From assembly GCA_041166405.1 (NCBI GenBank), contig JBEEFV010000008.1, forward strand, positions 45,147-109,146: 64,000 nt of DNA, in the 5' to 3' direction. The position numbers and the translations under genes are program-made. The notes beneath the pieces were generated by a model that did not search any database, was not told the origin of the DNA, and saw only the letters and a program-made list of their open reading frames with translations. Source of the stretch: Actinomycetota bacterium (GTDB lineage: Bacteria; Actinomycetota; Acidimicrobiia; Acidimicrobiales; JACCXE01). This document shows, piece by piece, positions 29,852 to 38,624 of the stretch; the stretch's first letter is position 1; each line of letters begins with the position of its first letter.

Positions 29852-31021
29852 CTATTCGTTCGGCAATTCGACTTCGGCAGTGGCTTTGCACATGACGGCG
29901 TCGTCCTGGTTGCGCATCTCGAGCTTGATCTTCACGAGGTGGCGGTGCCGGCGCGCCGTGTACTTGTCGACGACTTCGCCCGTGATGAACGTGGCGTCAC
30001 CGGTGAAGGCGGGGTTGCGGTACTGCGCGGAGCTCTCGGTCACGAAGCCCCACTCGCCGGCCCACGCCGCGACGTAGTCGATGACCCACGCCCCCATCGA
30101 CGCGCCGTACCCGTAGCCCCGCGGCATGCCCACGTGTTCGGCCCAGCGCGGCTGGAGGTGGCCGCGCGACGGGCCGTAATACGCGCCGTCGGTGAGCTCG
30201 GGATTCACCCGCTCCATTTTCTTGTCGCCCTCGAAGCCGGCCATCTCTTTCGTGTAGCCGAGCTCCTCGGCGCGCACCGTCGTCGGGCCCTTGGCCATGC
30301 CACCCCAGGTCGTCATCGGGTAGGCGCGCCACTCCGTGGTGAAGCTGGCGAGGCTATGCGGGCCCAGCACGTTCTCAGCCAGCTGGTCGCCGACGTTGAC
30401 CGAGTCCCACAACCGCTTTTCGTGGCGCAGAGACTGGATCTGGTCGATGAACTTGAGCTTGCGCTCTTCGAGTTCGGCGAGTTGCTCGTCGGACCACTCC
30501 GGATCCTTGGCCTCGTTGAACATCTTCTTCTCTTTGGCCTCACGCACCTGGTACCGGATCGCAGTGCTGCGCTGCATCGCGACGCGTTCGCCCTTCTGGT
30601 TGATGTAGAGCGTGTCGCCGCGCTGGAAGCACGTCGGCCCGGCGAAGCCCGTGTTCGTGACCTTGTAGTCGTACGGCATGCGATGGCACACGAGGTGATC
30701 GCCGGGGTAAATGCGCGGGCCGAAGAACCACCAGTCGTCTCCACCAAAGATGAGATGGCTGTTCGGGATCTTGCCGACCTGCGCCGGTGAGCACCCGTGG
30801 CTCGTATCGCACGCCACTGTGAAACTCTGCGGCGCGACGATCGTGCCGAAACGCGACTCGGCGGCCCACTCCGCGCTGTAGTGCAGGGGGTTCGGGTAGT
30901 GCATGCCCTGCACCCACCGGCGAATGTCGTTGACGGCGACGGGCTCGGTCAGCTCTCCCGGCTCCATGGGCACGCCCATCCAGCGGTCGAGGTCCGAGCA
31001 GTCCAAGGTTTCTTCGGTCAC
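29852..31021 (-). CDS. MaoC-like/FAS1-type double hotdog (de)hydratase
   Basis: 389 aa with a GTG start in a GTGA overlap at 31018-31021. Two hotdog-like halves are joined by a Lys/Glu-rich linker. The call is by overall resemblance only. Confidence 0.55.
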   Translation of the reverse strand: MTEETLDCSDLDRWMGVPMEPGELTEPVAVNDIRRWVQGMHYPNPLHYSAEWAAESRFGTIVAPQSFTVACDTSHGCSPAQVGKIPNSHLIFGGDDWWFFGPRIYPGDHLVCHRMPYDYKVTNTGFAGPTCFQRGDTLYINQKGERVAMQRSTAIRYQVREAKEKKMFNEAKDPEWSDEQLAELEERKLKFIDQIQSLRHEKRLWDSVNVGDQLAENVLGPHSLASFTTEWRAYPMTTWGGMAKGPTTVRAEELGYTKEMAGFEGDKKMERVNPELTDGAYYGPSRGHLQPRWAEHVGMPRGYGYGASMGAWVIDYVAAWAGEWGFVTESSAQYRNPAFTGDATFITGEVVDKYTARRHRHLVKIKLEMRNQDDAVMCKATAEVELPNE

Positions 31022-32451
31022 AGTCTCTCCATCACGAGCGCGATGAGTTCGTCATCGCGCACTTTGGTCTCGCTCTTCGTCATCGGGATCTCGCCGTCTT
31101 CGAAGAACAGCACTTGCTTGGGCACCTTGTAAGACGCGACGCGTTCCTTGAGGAAGTTCTGGATGTCGGCTTCCGTCGCCTCGCCCTTGAGGACGATGCA
31201 GGCGACGACGCGTTCGCCGAGGCGGTCGTCGGGCACGCCGACGATGCGGGCGAGCTTCACGGCGTCGTTGGCGCGCAGCGCCACTTCGAGTTCGGCGGGG
31301 CTGACGTTGGCGCCGCCCGTCTTGATCATCTCGGTCTTGCGGCCTTCGAACACGAGGTTGCCGGCGTCGTCGACGCGACCGACGTCGCCGGTGTGGAAGA
31401 ACCCGTCGTCGTCGAGGCACTCCGCTGGCGTCTTGCCGACGTAGTGCTTCATCAGCGTCGGCCCTTTGACGAGCAACTCGCCGTCCTCGGCGATGCGCAA
31501 CTCGTTGCCAGGGAGGAGCGCGCCGATCGACTGCTTCATCACGTCGCGCGGGGTGTCCGCGCTGTGCGCGGCGAAGAACGCGCACGTCTCACTAAGTCCG
31601 TAACCCGTGGGGTTCTGCCAGTGCGTGTCGCCCTCGACCTTCGGGTGGCGCGCGAACGCCGACTTGCCGAACACCTTCGTCATCGCGCTGAGGTCGGTCG
31701 TCGCCCAGTCCGGGTGCTCGGCCAGCGCCTGGGTTTGATGCGGCAGGCAATACGGCTCCGTCACGCGCTCGCGCGCCATCAGCGCCAGCGCGTCGCCGGG
31801 GTCGAACGTCTCTTGCAGGACGAGGCAGCCTCCGGCGGCGAGCGTGGCGCCCATCGCGGAGTCGAAGCCCGCGGTCCAGAACAAGGGGAACGCCGTCCAC
31901 ACGCGCGACGTTTCATCGCGGCCGAAGATGCGCGCTTGGTTCTCGAACGCGGTGACGTGCGCCGCGTGCGAATGCACCATCCCCTTCGGCGTCGACGTCG
32001 TGCCGCTGCTGTAGATGATCACGCCGTCGTCGTCAGGTGACGGGTCAGCCGAGGTCTGGCTGCCGCCGAGGAACACCCCGAACGTCGCGACTTGCGGGTG
32101 GATCATGCGGAGTTCTTCGGTCAGGGCTCGCCCGAGCAGCCGGTCCTGCGTGACGACGAGGTCCGCCTTGCAATCGTCGAGCATGAACTTGAGCTCGGCC
32201 TTCGTGGCGAACGTCGACAGCGGCACGGCGACACCGCCGGCGAGCGCCACCCCGAAGATGGTGAAGATCGCTTCCGGACGGTTCCCCATCACGATGGCGA
32301 CGCGCTCGCCCGGTTCGATGTCGGCGGCGACAGCCTCGGCGTACGTCAGTACCTGCGCGTACGTGTACCGGCGGTCTTCGAAGACGAGCGCTTCGTTGTC
32401 GGCGAAGCGCCGCGCGCGTTCGCGCAGGAACGCGCCGAGCGTCGTGCTCAC
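31018..32451 (-). CDS. acyl-CoA synthetase (AMP-forming, ANL superfamily)
   Basis: The GTG at 32451 forms a GTGA overlap. Motifs are IIYSSGTTSTPKG, GYGLSE, TGDVGRVD and KTGGANVSPAELE. Confidence 0.8.
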   Translation of the reverse strand: MSTTLGAFLRERARRFADNEALVFEDRRYTYAQVLTYAEAVAADIEPGERVAIVMGNRPEAIFTIFGVALAGGVAVPLSTFATKAELKFMLDDCKADLVVTQDRLLGRALTEELRMIHPQVATFGVFLGGSQTSADPSPDDDGVIIYSSGTTSTPKGMVHSHAAHVTAFENQARIFGRDETSRVWTAFPLFWTAGFDSAMGATLAAGGCLVLQETFDPGDALALMARERVTEPYCLPHQTQALAEHPDWATTDLSAMTKVFGKSAFARHPKVEGDTHWQNPTGYGLSETCAFFAAHSADTPRDVMKQSIGALLPGNELRIAEDGELLVKGPTLMKHYVGKTPAECLDDDGFFHTGDVGRVDDAGNLVFEGRKTEMIKTGGANVSPAELEVALRANDAVKLARIVGVPDDRLGERVVACIVLKGEATEADIQNFLKERVASYKVPKQVLFFEDGEIPMTKSETKVRDDELIALVMERL

Positions 32452-33413
32452 TGCGCGCCGCCGTGCGGAAAGAGTCCGTCGAACCCGGTCGCCTCGATGG
32501 CGTCGGCGAGCAGGGCGGCGGTGCGTTCGGCTCCACAGGGGAGGCGCAACGCCGGCTGGATGTGGCGCGTCAGCACGGAGATGTCGTACTCGTCGCACAC
32601 GCCCGCGGCGCCGTGCAATTGCTGGCACGTGCGCAGCACGGCGCGCGCGACGTCGATGGCGTGCACGCGCAACGCGAGCGCGTCAGCGCCGGCCTCTTCG
32701 GGCACCGTCGCGACGCGCCACGTCGTGAACTGCGCCAGTTCTCGGAGGCCGGCGACGGCCACCGCGGCGTCGGCGAGCATGAACTGCACGGCCTGGAAGG
32801 TGGCGATCGGTTTGCCGAACTGGATCCGGTTGCTGACGTGATCGGCGGCGAGCTCGACGGCGCGATCCGCCGTGCCGAGGATCTGCCACGCGTTGAGCGT
32901 CAACCAGTAGCGCACGTCGATCCCCGACTCGTGCGTCACCGGCGCCGCCTCGCCCTCGACGGCCAGATCGACGACGAACGGACCCAACCTCCCGAACTCC
33001 CGGTTCTGGGCGCGTGAGCTGACGTTTTCCGGGACCTGACGCGCCCAGAACGAGCCGTCGACGCGCGCGACGTTCCATTCGGCGAAGAGGTCGCCGTGGT
33101 CGACGCGGGCGTGGTCGTCGGGGACGACGGCGAACGGGACGCCATCGCGCTGCAACAGCTTGCCGACGACGGGATACGGCAGCGCGACCCGGCCCGCGGC
33201 CTCGCACAATGCGGCGGCAGCGCTGAAGGTGTCGAGGTCGGCGCGCGGGTCGATGTCGTCGACGCCGAGCGCGTCGAGCGTCTTGACGACGTCAGAGCGA
33301 AAGCTGCGGTCTTCCTCGGCGCGACGCGCGGCGTCGACGCCGCCGAGCGCGTCGAACGCCTTGCGCGCGGTCTCGCCGAACTCGAGGGCGTCGTCGGGCA
33401 GGACCGGGTTCAT
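32448..33413 (-). CDS. acyl-CoA dehydrogenase-like protein (probable beta-type partner subunit)
   Basis: Start is MNPVLPDD, inside ORF 32448..33731, with an ATGA overlap at 33410-33413. The middle and C-terminal ACAD-like helices are present (QFGKPIATFQAVQFMLAD), but it is short at 321 aa. Confidence 0.65.
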   Translation of the reverse strand: MNPVLPDDALEFGETARKAFDALGGVDAARRAEEDRSFRSDVVKTLDALGVDDIDPRADLDTFSAAAALCEAAGRVALPYPVVGKLLQRDGVPFAVVPDDHARVDHGDLFAEWNVARVDGSFWARQVPENVSSRAQNREFGRLGPFVVDLAVEGEAAPVTHESGIDVRYWLTLNAWQILGTADRAVELAADHVSNRIQFGKPIATFQAVQFMLADAAVAVAGLRELAQFTTWRVATVPEEAGADALALRVHAIDVARAVLRTCQQLHGAAGVCDEYDISVLTRHIQPALRLPCGAERTAALLADAIEATGFDGLFPHGGAQ

Positions 33414-34543
33414 CCCTTCGCCGCCGATCCCAACAGGTCCCGCGACACGATCATGCGCTGCACTTCGATGGTGCCCGACGCGACGGTTGCCGCTTGTGCG
33501 TACCGCCAGTGGTCTTCGATCGCCCCGTGGAGCGGAGCGCTGAACCCGCTCTCCAACGACTCGTCTTCGACCGCCTGGAACAGCACTTCGGCGACCGCTT
33601 GGTCGCACTGCGTCACCGCGATGCGCGCTGCGGAAGCGAGCACGTCGGCTGTCTCGCCCGTCTCCTGCGCGCGCACGGTCCGGTACGCCAGCAGCCGCGC
33701 CACGCGCGTTTGGATGAGCGCGCGCGCCCATTGCGTGCGCAAGCCGTCGGGGACGTGATCGCGGGCTTCACTCAACAACCGCTCGCAGCGGGCGTAGCGC
33801 GCGATGCCGACGCGCTCGTGCGCCAGCGCGCGGCGAATCACTGCCCAGCCCTCACCGATGCCCCCGAGTACCGATTCGGGACCGGCCCACACGTCGTCGA
33901 AGAACACTTCGTTGAGGTGATGCGGGCCCAGCATCGACTTGATCGGCCGCACCGTGATGCCCGGCGTGTCCATCGGCACGAGGAACATCGTGATGCCTTC
34001 GTGCTTCGCGCCTTCGCCGACGCGTGCCGCCAGCACGCACCACTGCGCCATGCCCGCGTACGACGTCCAGATCTTTTGACCGTTGATGCGGTAGCCGTCG
34101 CCGTCCTCGGTGGCGCGCGTCTTCAGGGACGCGAGGTCGGAACCGGCGTCGGGTTCGCTGAACCCCTGGCACCAGATCACGTCGCCGGCGGCGATGGCGG
34201 AGAGGTGCTGCGCCTTCTGCTCGTCCGTGCCGTACGCCATGATCGCCGGGCCGACCCAGTTCAGCCCCATGTACTGCGCGCCGCGCGGTTCGTGGTGCGC
34301 CCACATCTCCTCGCGTACGACGGTTTGCGCCCAATGCGAACCGCCGCCGCCACCGAACTCCGTCGGCCACGTGATGGTGAGGAGACCCTCGTCGGCGAGC
34401 GTCTTGCAGAAGGCCTGCGCGACGTCGAGATCCTTCGGATCGTTCGTGAACGCACCGAGGTAACCCTCCGGGATGTGCTCGGCGATCAGGGCGCGCAGAC
34501 GCGTGCGTAACGCCTCTGCTTCTTCACCGAGATCGAAGTCCAC
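33410..34543 (-). CDS. acyl-CoA dehydrogenase
   Basis: The GTG at 34543 (VDFDLGEEAEAL) is preceded by GGGGGA. Motifs are QGFSEPDAGSDLASL, INGQKIWTS and SGTIEVQRMIVSRDLLG. Confidence 0.85.
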   Translation of the reverse strand: MDFDLGEEAEALRTRLRALIAEHIPEGYLGAFTNDPKDLDVAQAFCKTLADEGLLTITWPTEFGGGGGSHWAQTVVREEMWAHHEPRGAQYMGLNWVGPAIMAYGTDEQKAQHLSAIAAGDVIWCQGFSEPDAGSDLASLKTRATEDGDGYRINGQKIWTSYAGMAQWCVLAARVGEGAKHEGITMFLVPMDTPGITVRPIKSMLGPHHLNEVFFDDVWAGPESVLGGIGEGWAVIRRALAHERVGIARYARCERLLSEARDHVPDGLRTQWARALIQTRVARLLAYRTVRAQETGETADVLASAARIAVTQCDQAVAEVLFQAVEDESLESGFSAPLHGAIEDHWRYAQAATVASGTIEVQRMIVSRDLLGSAAKG

Positions 34544-34594
34544 CTGGAGGGTCCCCCTAAAAGTGACACGGATGTTAGTTAAGGTTTGCCCGCC

Positions 34595-35995
34595 ATGCCC
34601 CAGCGGATTGCCGACGTTTTCGCCGACTGCGATCCTTCGGCGGAGGCGCTCGTCACGCGGTCGCAGCACTTGACGTATGGCGAACTCGACACACTCTGCG
34701 CGAAGGCCGCGGGCGCCCTGGCGGCGATGGGAATCACGGCCGGCGACCGGGTCGCGGCGTGCCTGCCGAACGAAGTCGCGGTGGTCGCGGCTTTCCACGC
34801 CACGATGCGGTTGGGCGCGATTTGGGTCGGCGTGAACAAGGCGCTGGCGCCGCCCGAGAAGCAGTTCATCCTCGACGACTCCGGCGCGTCCGTCTTCTTG
34901 GAAGACGAGACCGCACTGCTCGAAGCGATCACGGCCGCCGAGCCCCGCGACGCGGTCACTGTCGATCCGTTCGCCCCCGCCGGCATCGCCTACACGTCGG
35001 GCACGACCGGCCACCCGAAGGGCGCGGTGCACAGCCAGCACAACCTGCTGATGCCGGGGCGCATGCTCGTGGAGTCGCGCGGCTACGACGCGTCGCTGCG
35101 CAAGGGCGACTGCTTCGCCCTCACCATCCTCAACCTCCAGGTGCTGACGACGCTGCTCGTTGCGCAGTGCGGCGGCACGTCGATCGTGATGGACCGCATC
35201 GACGCCGAAGGCGTCGCCGAGTGGATCCGCGACGAACGCATCACGACCTGGAACGGTCCGCCGGCGTTGCTGCACTCGCTGGCGCACAACGACGCGGTCG
35301 CGGCGTCGGACCTCGCGTCACTCAACGAAGTGTGGACGGGCGGCGCCGACTGTCCCGAAGCAATCCGCTCCGCCTTCGAAGCGAAGTTCGGCCTGCCCGT
35401 CCTGGCGACGTACGGCCTGACCGAAGCGCCGACCGTGGTCGCCATCGACCCGCGCGACGGCCAACACGTCGCCCACGCCAGCGGCAAACCGCTCCCCCAT
35501 CTCAACGTGCGCATCGCCGACGCCAATGAGGACGGAACCGGCGAGATCTGCATCTCGGGTAAGGACGACCGCTACCGATTGATGCTCGGCTACTGGAACC
35601 GCGACGACGTGTCCGCGGAGACGCTGCGCGGCGGCGAGCTGCACACCGGCGACGTCGGGTTCGTCGACGACGACGGGTTCCTCCACGTGCGCGACCGCAA
35701 GTCGCTCGTCATCATCCGCGGCGGCGCCAACGTCTACCCCGCCGAAGTCGAGCGCGTGCTCCAAGAATTCGACGGCGTCGTCGCCAGCGCCGCGATCGGC
35801 GTCGCCGACGAACGCCTCGGCGAACGCGTCGTCGCACTGATCGAAGGCGACGTCGACGAGGACAAGTTGCGCGAGCACTGCTTGGCCAACCTGGCGAAGT
35901 ACAAGGTCCCCGAGCGCTTCGTCTTCGTCGACTCGTTCCCGCGCAACGCCATGAACAAGATCATCCGCAAGGACTTGCCGGCCCTCCTCCTATGA
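34595..35995 (+). CDS. acyl-CoA synthetase (AMP-forming, ANL superfamily)
   Basis: ATG at 34595, 10 nt after AAGG; an upstream TTG at 34586 is also possible. Motifs are IAYTSGTTGHPKG, TYGLTE, TGDVGFVD and RGGANVYPAEVE. Confidence 0.8.
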   Translation: MPQRIADVFADCDPSAEALVTRSQHLTYGELDTLCAKAAGALAAMGITAGDRVAACLPNEVAVVAAFHATMRLGAIWVGVNKALAPPEKQFILDDSGASVFLEDETALLEAITAAEPRDAVTVDPFAPAGIAYTSGTTGHPKGAVHSQHNLLMPGRMLVESRGYDASLRKGDCFALTILNLQVLTTLLVAQCGGTSIVMDRIDAEGVAEWIRDERITTWNGPPALLHSLAHNDAVAASDLASLNEVWTGGADCPEAIRSAFEAKFGLPVLATYGLTEAPTVVAIDPRDGQHVAHASGKPLPHLNVRIADANEDGTGEICISGKDDRYRLMLGYWNRDDVSAETLRGGELHTGDVGFVDDDGFLHVRDRKSLVIIRGGANVYPAEVERVLQEFDGVVASAAIGVADERLGERVVALIEGDVDEDKLREHCLANLAKYKVPERFVFVDSFPRNAMNKIIRKDLPALLL

Positions 35996-36044
35996 CTTTC
36001 TGAATCTGAAGGCTCACGTGGTGGCACTCAAATTCAGAAAGTCA
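35993..36044. terminator. perfect 13-bp inverted repeat between convergent genes (putative bidirectional terminator)
   Basis: TGACTTTCTGAAT (35993-36005) pairs with ATTCAGAAAGTCA (36032-36044) around a 26-nt loop. Each arm contains the TGA stop of one converging gene. The element is AT-rich in a GC-rich genome. No U-tract is present. Confidence 0.45.
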
Positions 36045-36824
36045 GGTGTTCTTCAGCGTGCCGCCGTCGACGACGACCGCGGCGCCCGTGATGAAGCTCG
36101 CCGCTTCACTGGCGAGGAACACGATGACGTTGGCGACTTCTTCGACGGACGCGATCCGGCCGACGTCGGGGTTCTGTTTGGCGAGAATTCGGTCCATCAC
36201 GTCGGCTTCGCTGACGTTGAGCCGCTCGGCCGAGCTGCGCGCCTGCTCGCGCACCGACTCGGTCAGCGTGATGCCCGGCACGACGCAGTTGCTCAACACG
36301 CCGTCGCGCGCGTACTGCGACGACAGCGTCTTGGAGAAGTTGATCATCGCCGCTTTCGCCGCCGAGTACGCCGGAAACAACTTGTCGGGTGCGACGCCGT
36401 CGATCGACGAGTTGTGCACGATGCGTCCCCACCCGGCGCCGCGCATGGCGTTCGCCGCAGCGACGGCGAGGCGCGCCGCCGAGAAGAAGTTGTTGTTGAA
36501 GTCTTCCTGCCACTGCTCTTCCGTGAGCGCCGGCACCTTGCGCACCGTCGCAATGCCGGCGTTGTTGACGAGGACGTCGACGCGCCCAAACGTGCGCTGG
36601 CACTCGGCGACGATGGCGTCGGCCGCAGACGGCACGAGGATGTCAACCGTCATCGGCGCCGCGTCGTGACCGAGGTCCTTCGCCACCGCGGCGAGGGCGT
36701 CGGTGTCGCGCCCACACAGCAACACGCGCGCGCCTTCTCGCACCAGCGCCTCGGCGACGCCGCGCCCGATACCGCGCGACGCGCCCGTCACAATGGCAGC
36801 GCGTCCACGCAGGCCTAAGTCCAT
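36042..36824 (-). CDS. short-chain dehydrogenase/reductase (SDR)
   Basis: Motifs are AAIVTGASRGIGRG, NNAG and YSAAKAA. Confidence 0.85.
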   Translation of the reverse strand: MDLGLRGRAAIVTGASRGIGRGVAEALVREGARVLLCGRDTDALAAVAKDLGHDAAPMTVDILVPSAADAIVAECQRTFGRVDVLVNNAGIATVRKVPALTEEQWQEDFNNNFFSAARLAVAAANAMRGAGWGRIVHNSSIDGVAPDKLFPAYSAAKAAMINFSKTLSSQYARDGVLSNCVVPGITLTESVREQARSSAERLNVSEADVMDRILAKQNPDVGRIASVEEVANVIVFLASEAASFITGAAVVVDGGTLKNT

Positions 36825-36844
36825 CCGCGCAATCTAAGCGGTAG

Positions 36845-38140
36845 TCAGGCGGCGTCGAAGTGGACGACGAGGTCGGCACTTCGTTGCGTCGCTCGTTCTT
36901 CCAAGCGCGCGAGGGCATGTATCAGTGCGAGGTGTTCGGCCAGCGGCGAATGACGTTGTTCTGGCGAGTTGGGCCCCCGAATCGGCAACTGCGGTTGGGC
37001 GAGGCGCGGCTTCGTCGTCCACTTCGGCCCGCGCGGCGGCGTGACGGTGAACGTTCCGTCGGGCTCCATTTCCGCGTGATAACCCGGCTTGTGTAGTTCC
37101 GTGTGGTGATGGTCGCACTCCATCACCAACCTCGCCAGGTTGGTTTCGCCGCCAGCGCTCCATCCATCGAGGTGGTGCACATCGCACCAATTTGGAGGCC
37201 GATCACAGCCCTTCCACCGGCATCCCTGATCGCGGAGCAGGATCGCGTTGTACAGCGCGGTCGGGATGCTGCGCGTCGCCCGGCCGTAGTCGAGGATCTC
37301 GCCATTGGCGTGCAGCAGACGATGGAGGTCGCAGTCGCACATCAAGCGTTCGATCGTGCTCGGCGACGCCGTCATGCCCGTCGACGCGAAGTAACCCTCC
37401 AAGGCGTCTGTGCCCAACGTCTCGGCGTTGATGACGAGATTGAGGTGCGGACGGTTGCGGCGGCCGAGTTTGTCGTCCTGATGATCGAGATAGAAGCGGA
37501 ACACGTGCTTGAGCGCTTCGCCGCGGCGAACCGCGGCCGACTCGTCGCGATCTTCGGAGTCGGCGGTGTCGAGCGCGGCCTTCGCCAACGCGTACCCCTC
37601 GGGGTCGAGGTTGGCCGACAACAGTCCGCGGTCGTCGAGCGTTGACGACAGATGCGCCGTCGACCGGTCATCGGGCTCGGGACCGTCGTTGAGGGCGTCG
37701 GCGCGTTCGCGCCACAGTCGCATCGCTGCCAGCGTGTCGTCGATCGGCAGACCCGCCAGCATCGACACGATGTCGGCTTCGTGCTGCGCGAACAAGTCAA
37801 GATGCCGGTCGATCACTTGCGAGCAAATGATCCGCACCTGTCCCGTCGACAGCTCACCCTTCACCCACGCCTCCGCCGTCACCGGCAACGCCCGAAGCTT
37901 CTTGGCTTCCTGCGTCATCCGATACGCGTCCTGCCCTGTCATCCCGCGCTCGACCTTCAGCCATTGCACGGGGTTCGCGTAGCCCGCGAGTTCCCACTCC
38001 CCGTAGGCGACGAACTCACCGAACGCGATCGTCAACTGAGCCTCGGCCCGGTCATCGACACGCATCGCCGCGGCCAGCCCAGGGCCGTCTGTGGGCGTCT
38101 CAGGCGCAAGCCGTGCTGCGAGCGAGGGACCAAATGACAT
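36845..38140 (-). CDS. DUF222-domain HNH endonuclease (REP13E12-like family)
   Basis: Start is MSFGPSLAAR, inside ORF 36845..38353. C-terminal HNH segment is LRDQGCRWKGCDRPPNWCDVHHLDGWSAGGETNLARLVMECDHHHTELH. Confidence 0.8.
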   Translation of the reverse strand: MSFGPSLAARLAPETPTDGPGLAAAMRVDDRAEAQLTIAFGEFVAYGEWELAGYANPVQWLKVERGMTGQDAYRMTQEAKKLRALPVTAEAWVKGELSTGQVRIICSQVIDRHLDLFAQHEADIVSMLAGLPIDDTLAAMRLWRERADALNDGPEPDDRSTAHLSSTLDDRGLLSANLDPEGYALAKAALDTADSEDRDESAAVRRGEALKHVFRFYLDHQDDKLGRRNRPHLNLVINAETLGTDALEGYFASTGMTASPSTIERLMCDCDLHRLLHANGEILDYGRATRSIPTALYNAILLRDQGCRWKGCDRPPNWCDVHHLDGWSAGGETNLARLVMECDHHHTELHKPGYHAEMEPDGTFTVTPPRGPKWTTKPRLAQPQLPIRGPNSPEQRHSPLAEHLALIHALARLEERATQRSADLVVHFDAA

Positions 38141-38219
38141 TGATGTAATTCTACCCGAGGGGTGTAACGCGCACCAGAGGAAATCCGTACATACGTTCGG
38201 GCCGGTAAAGTCGTTCGTC

Positions 38220-38624
38220 ATGGCAACGCTGGGAGATGTCGCAAAGATCGCGCTGGCGCTTCCCGAGGTCACCGAGCAACGGGGTGGGCACGGCAACCGC
38301 CTGCACTGGCGCGTCGCCGACAAGACGTTCGCCTGGGAGCGGCCGCTCACCAAGGCCGACGTGAAGCGCTTCGGCGACGCCTACATCCCGACCGGCGACA
38401 TCTTCGCCTTCAGCACCGAGGATCTCCACGAGAAGGAGGCGCTGCTCGCCGCCGGCATTCCCGGCGTGTTCACCATGGAGCACTTCGACGGCTACCCGTC
38501 GCTGCTCGTCGAGCTGCGATTGATCACCAAGCCGGCGTTGAAAGAACTGATCGTCGATGCATGGCTGACGAAAGCGCCGGAGACGCTCGCCGAGTCCTAT
38601 CTGAAGCGACGCAAAAAGCGTTAG
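38220..38624 (+). CDS. MmcQ/YjbR-family protein
   Basis: Start is MATLGDVAKIALALPEVTE, inside ORF 38091..38624. Size and N-terminal pattern are typical of the YjbR fold. The call is by resemblance only. Confidence 0.55.
   Translation: MATLGDVAKIALALPEVTEQRGGHGNRLHWRVADKTFAWERPLTKADVKRFGDAYIPTGDIFAFSTEDLHEKEALLAAGIPGVFTMEHFDGYPSLLVELRLITKPALKELIVDAWLTKAPETLAESYLKRRKKR

Noticed and set aside
28545-29891. The N-terminal extension of the 773-aa ORF 27570..29891, and similar extensions such as 8310..8594, 9571..9804, 26894..27055, 33414..33731, 34544..35287 and 54166..54849.
   Set aside because: These extensions overlap the upstream gene in another frame and are compositionally biased. Internal ATG or GTG starts give canonical N-termini and ATGA/GTGA coupling.
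36845-38140. Calling the DUF222/HNH gene a complete mobile element.
   Set aside because: No transposase, integrase, terminal inverted repeats or target duplications were seen, so only the gene itself is supported.
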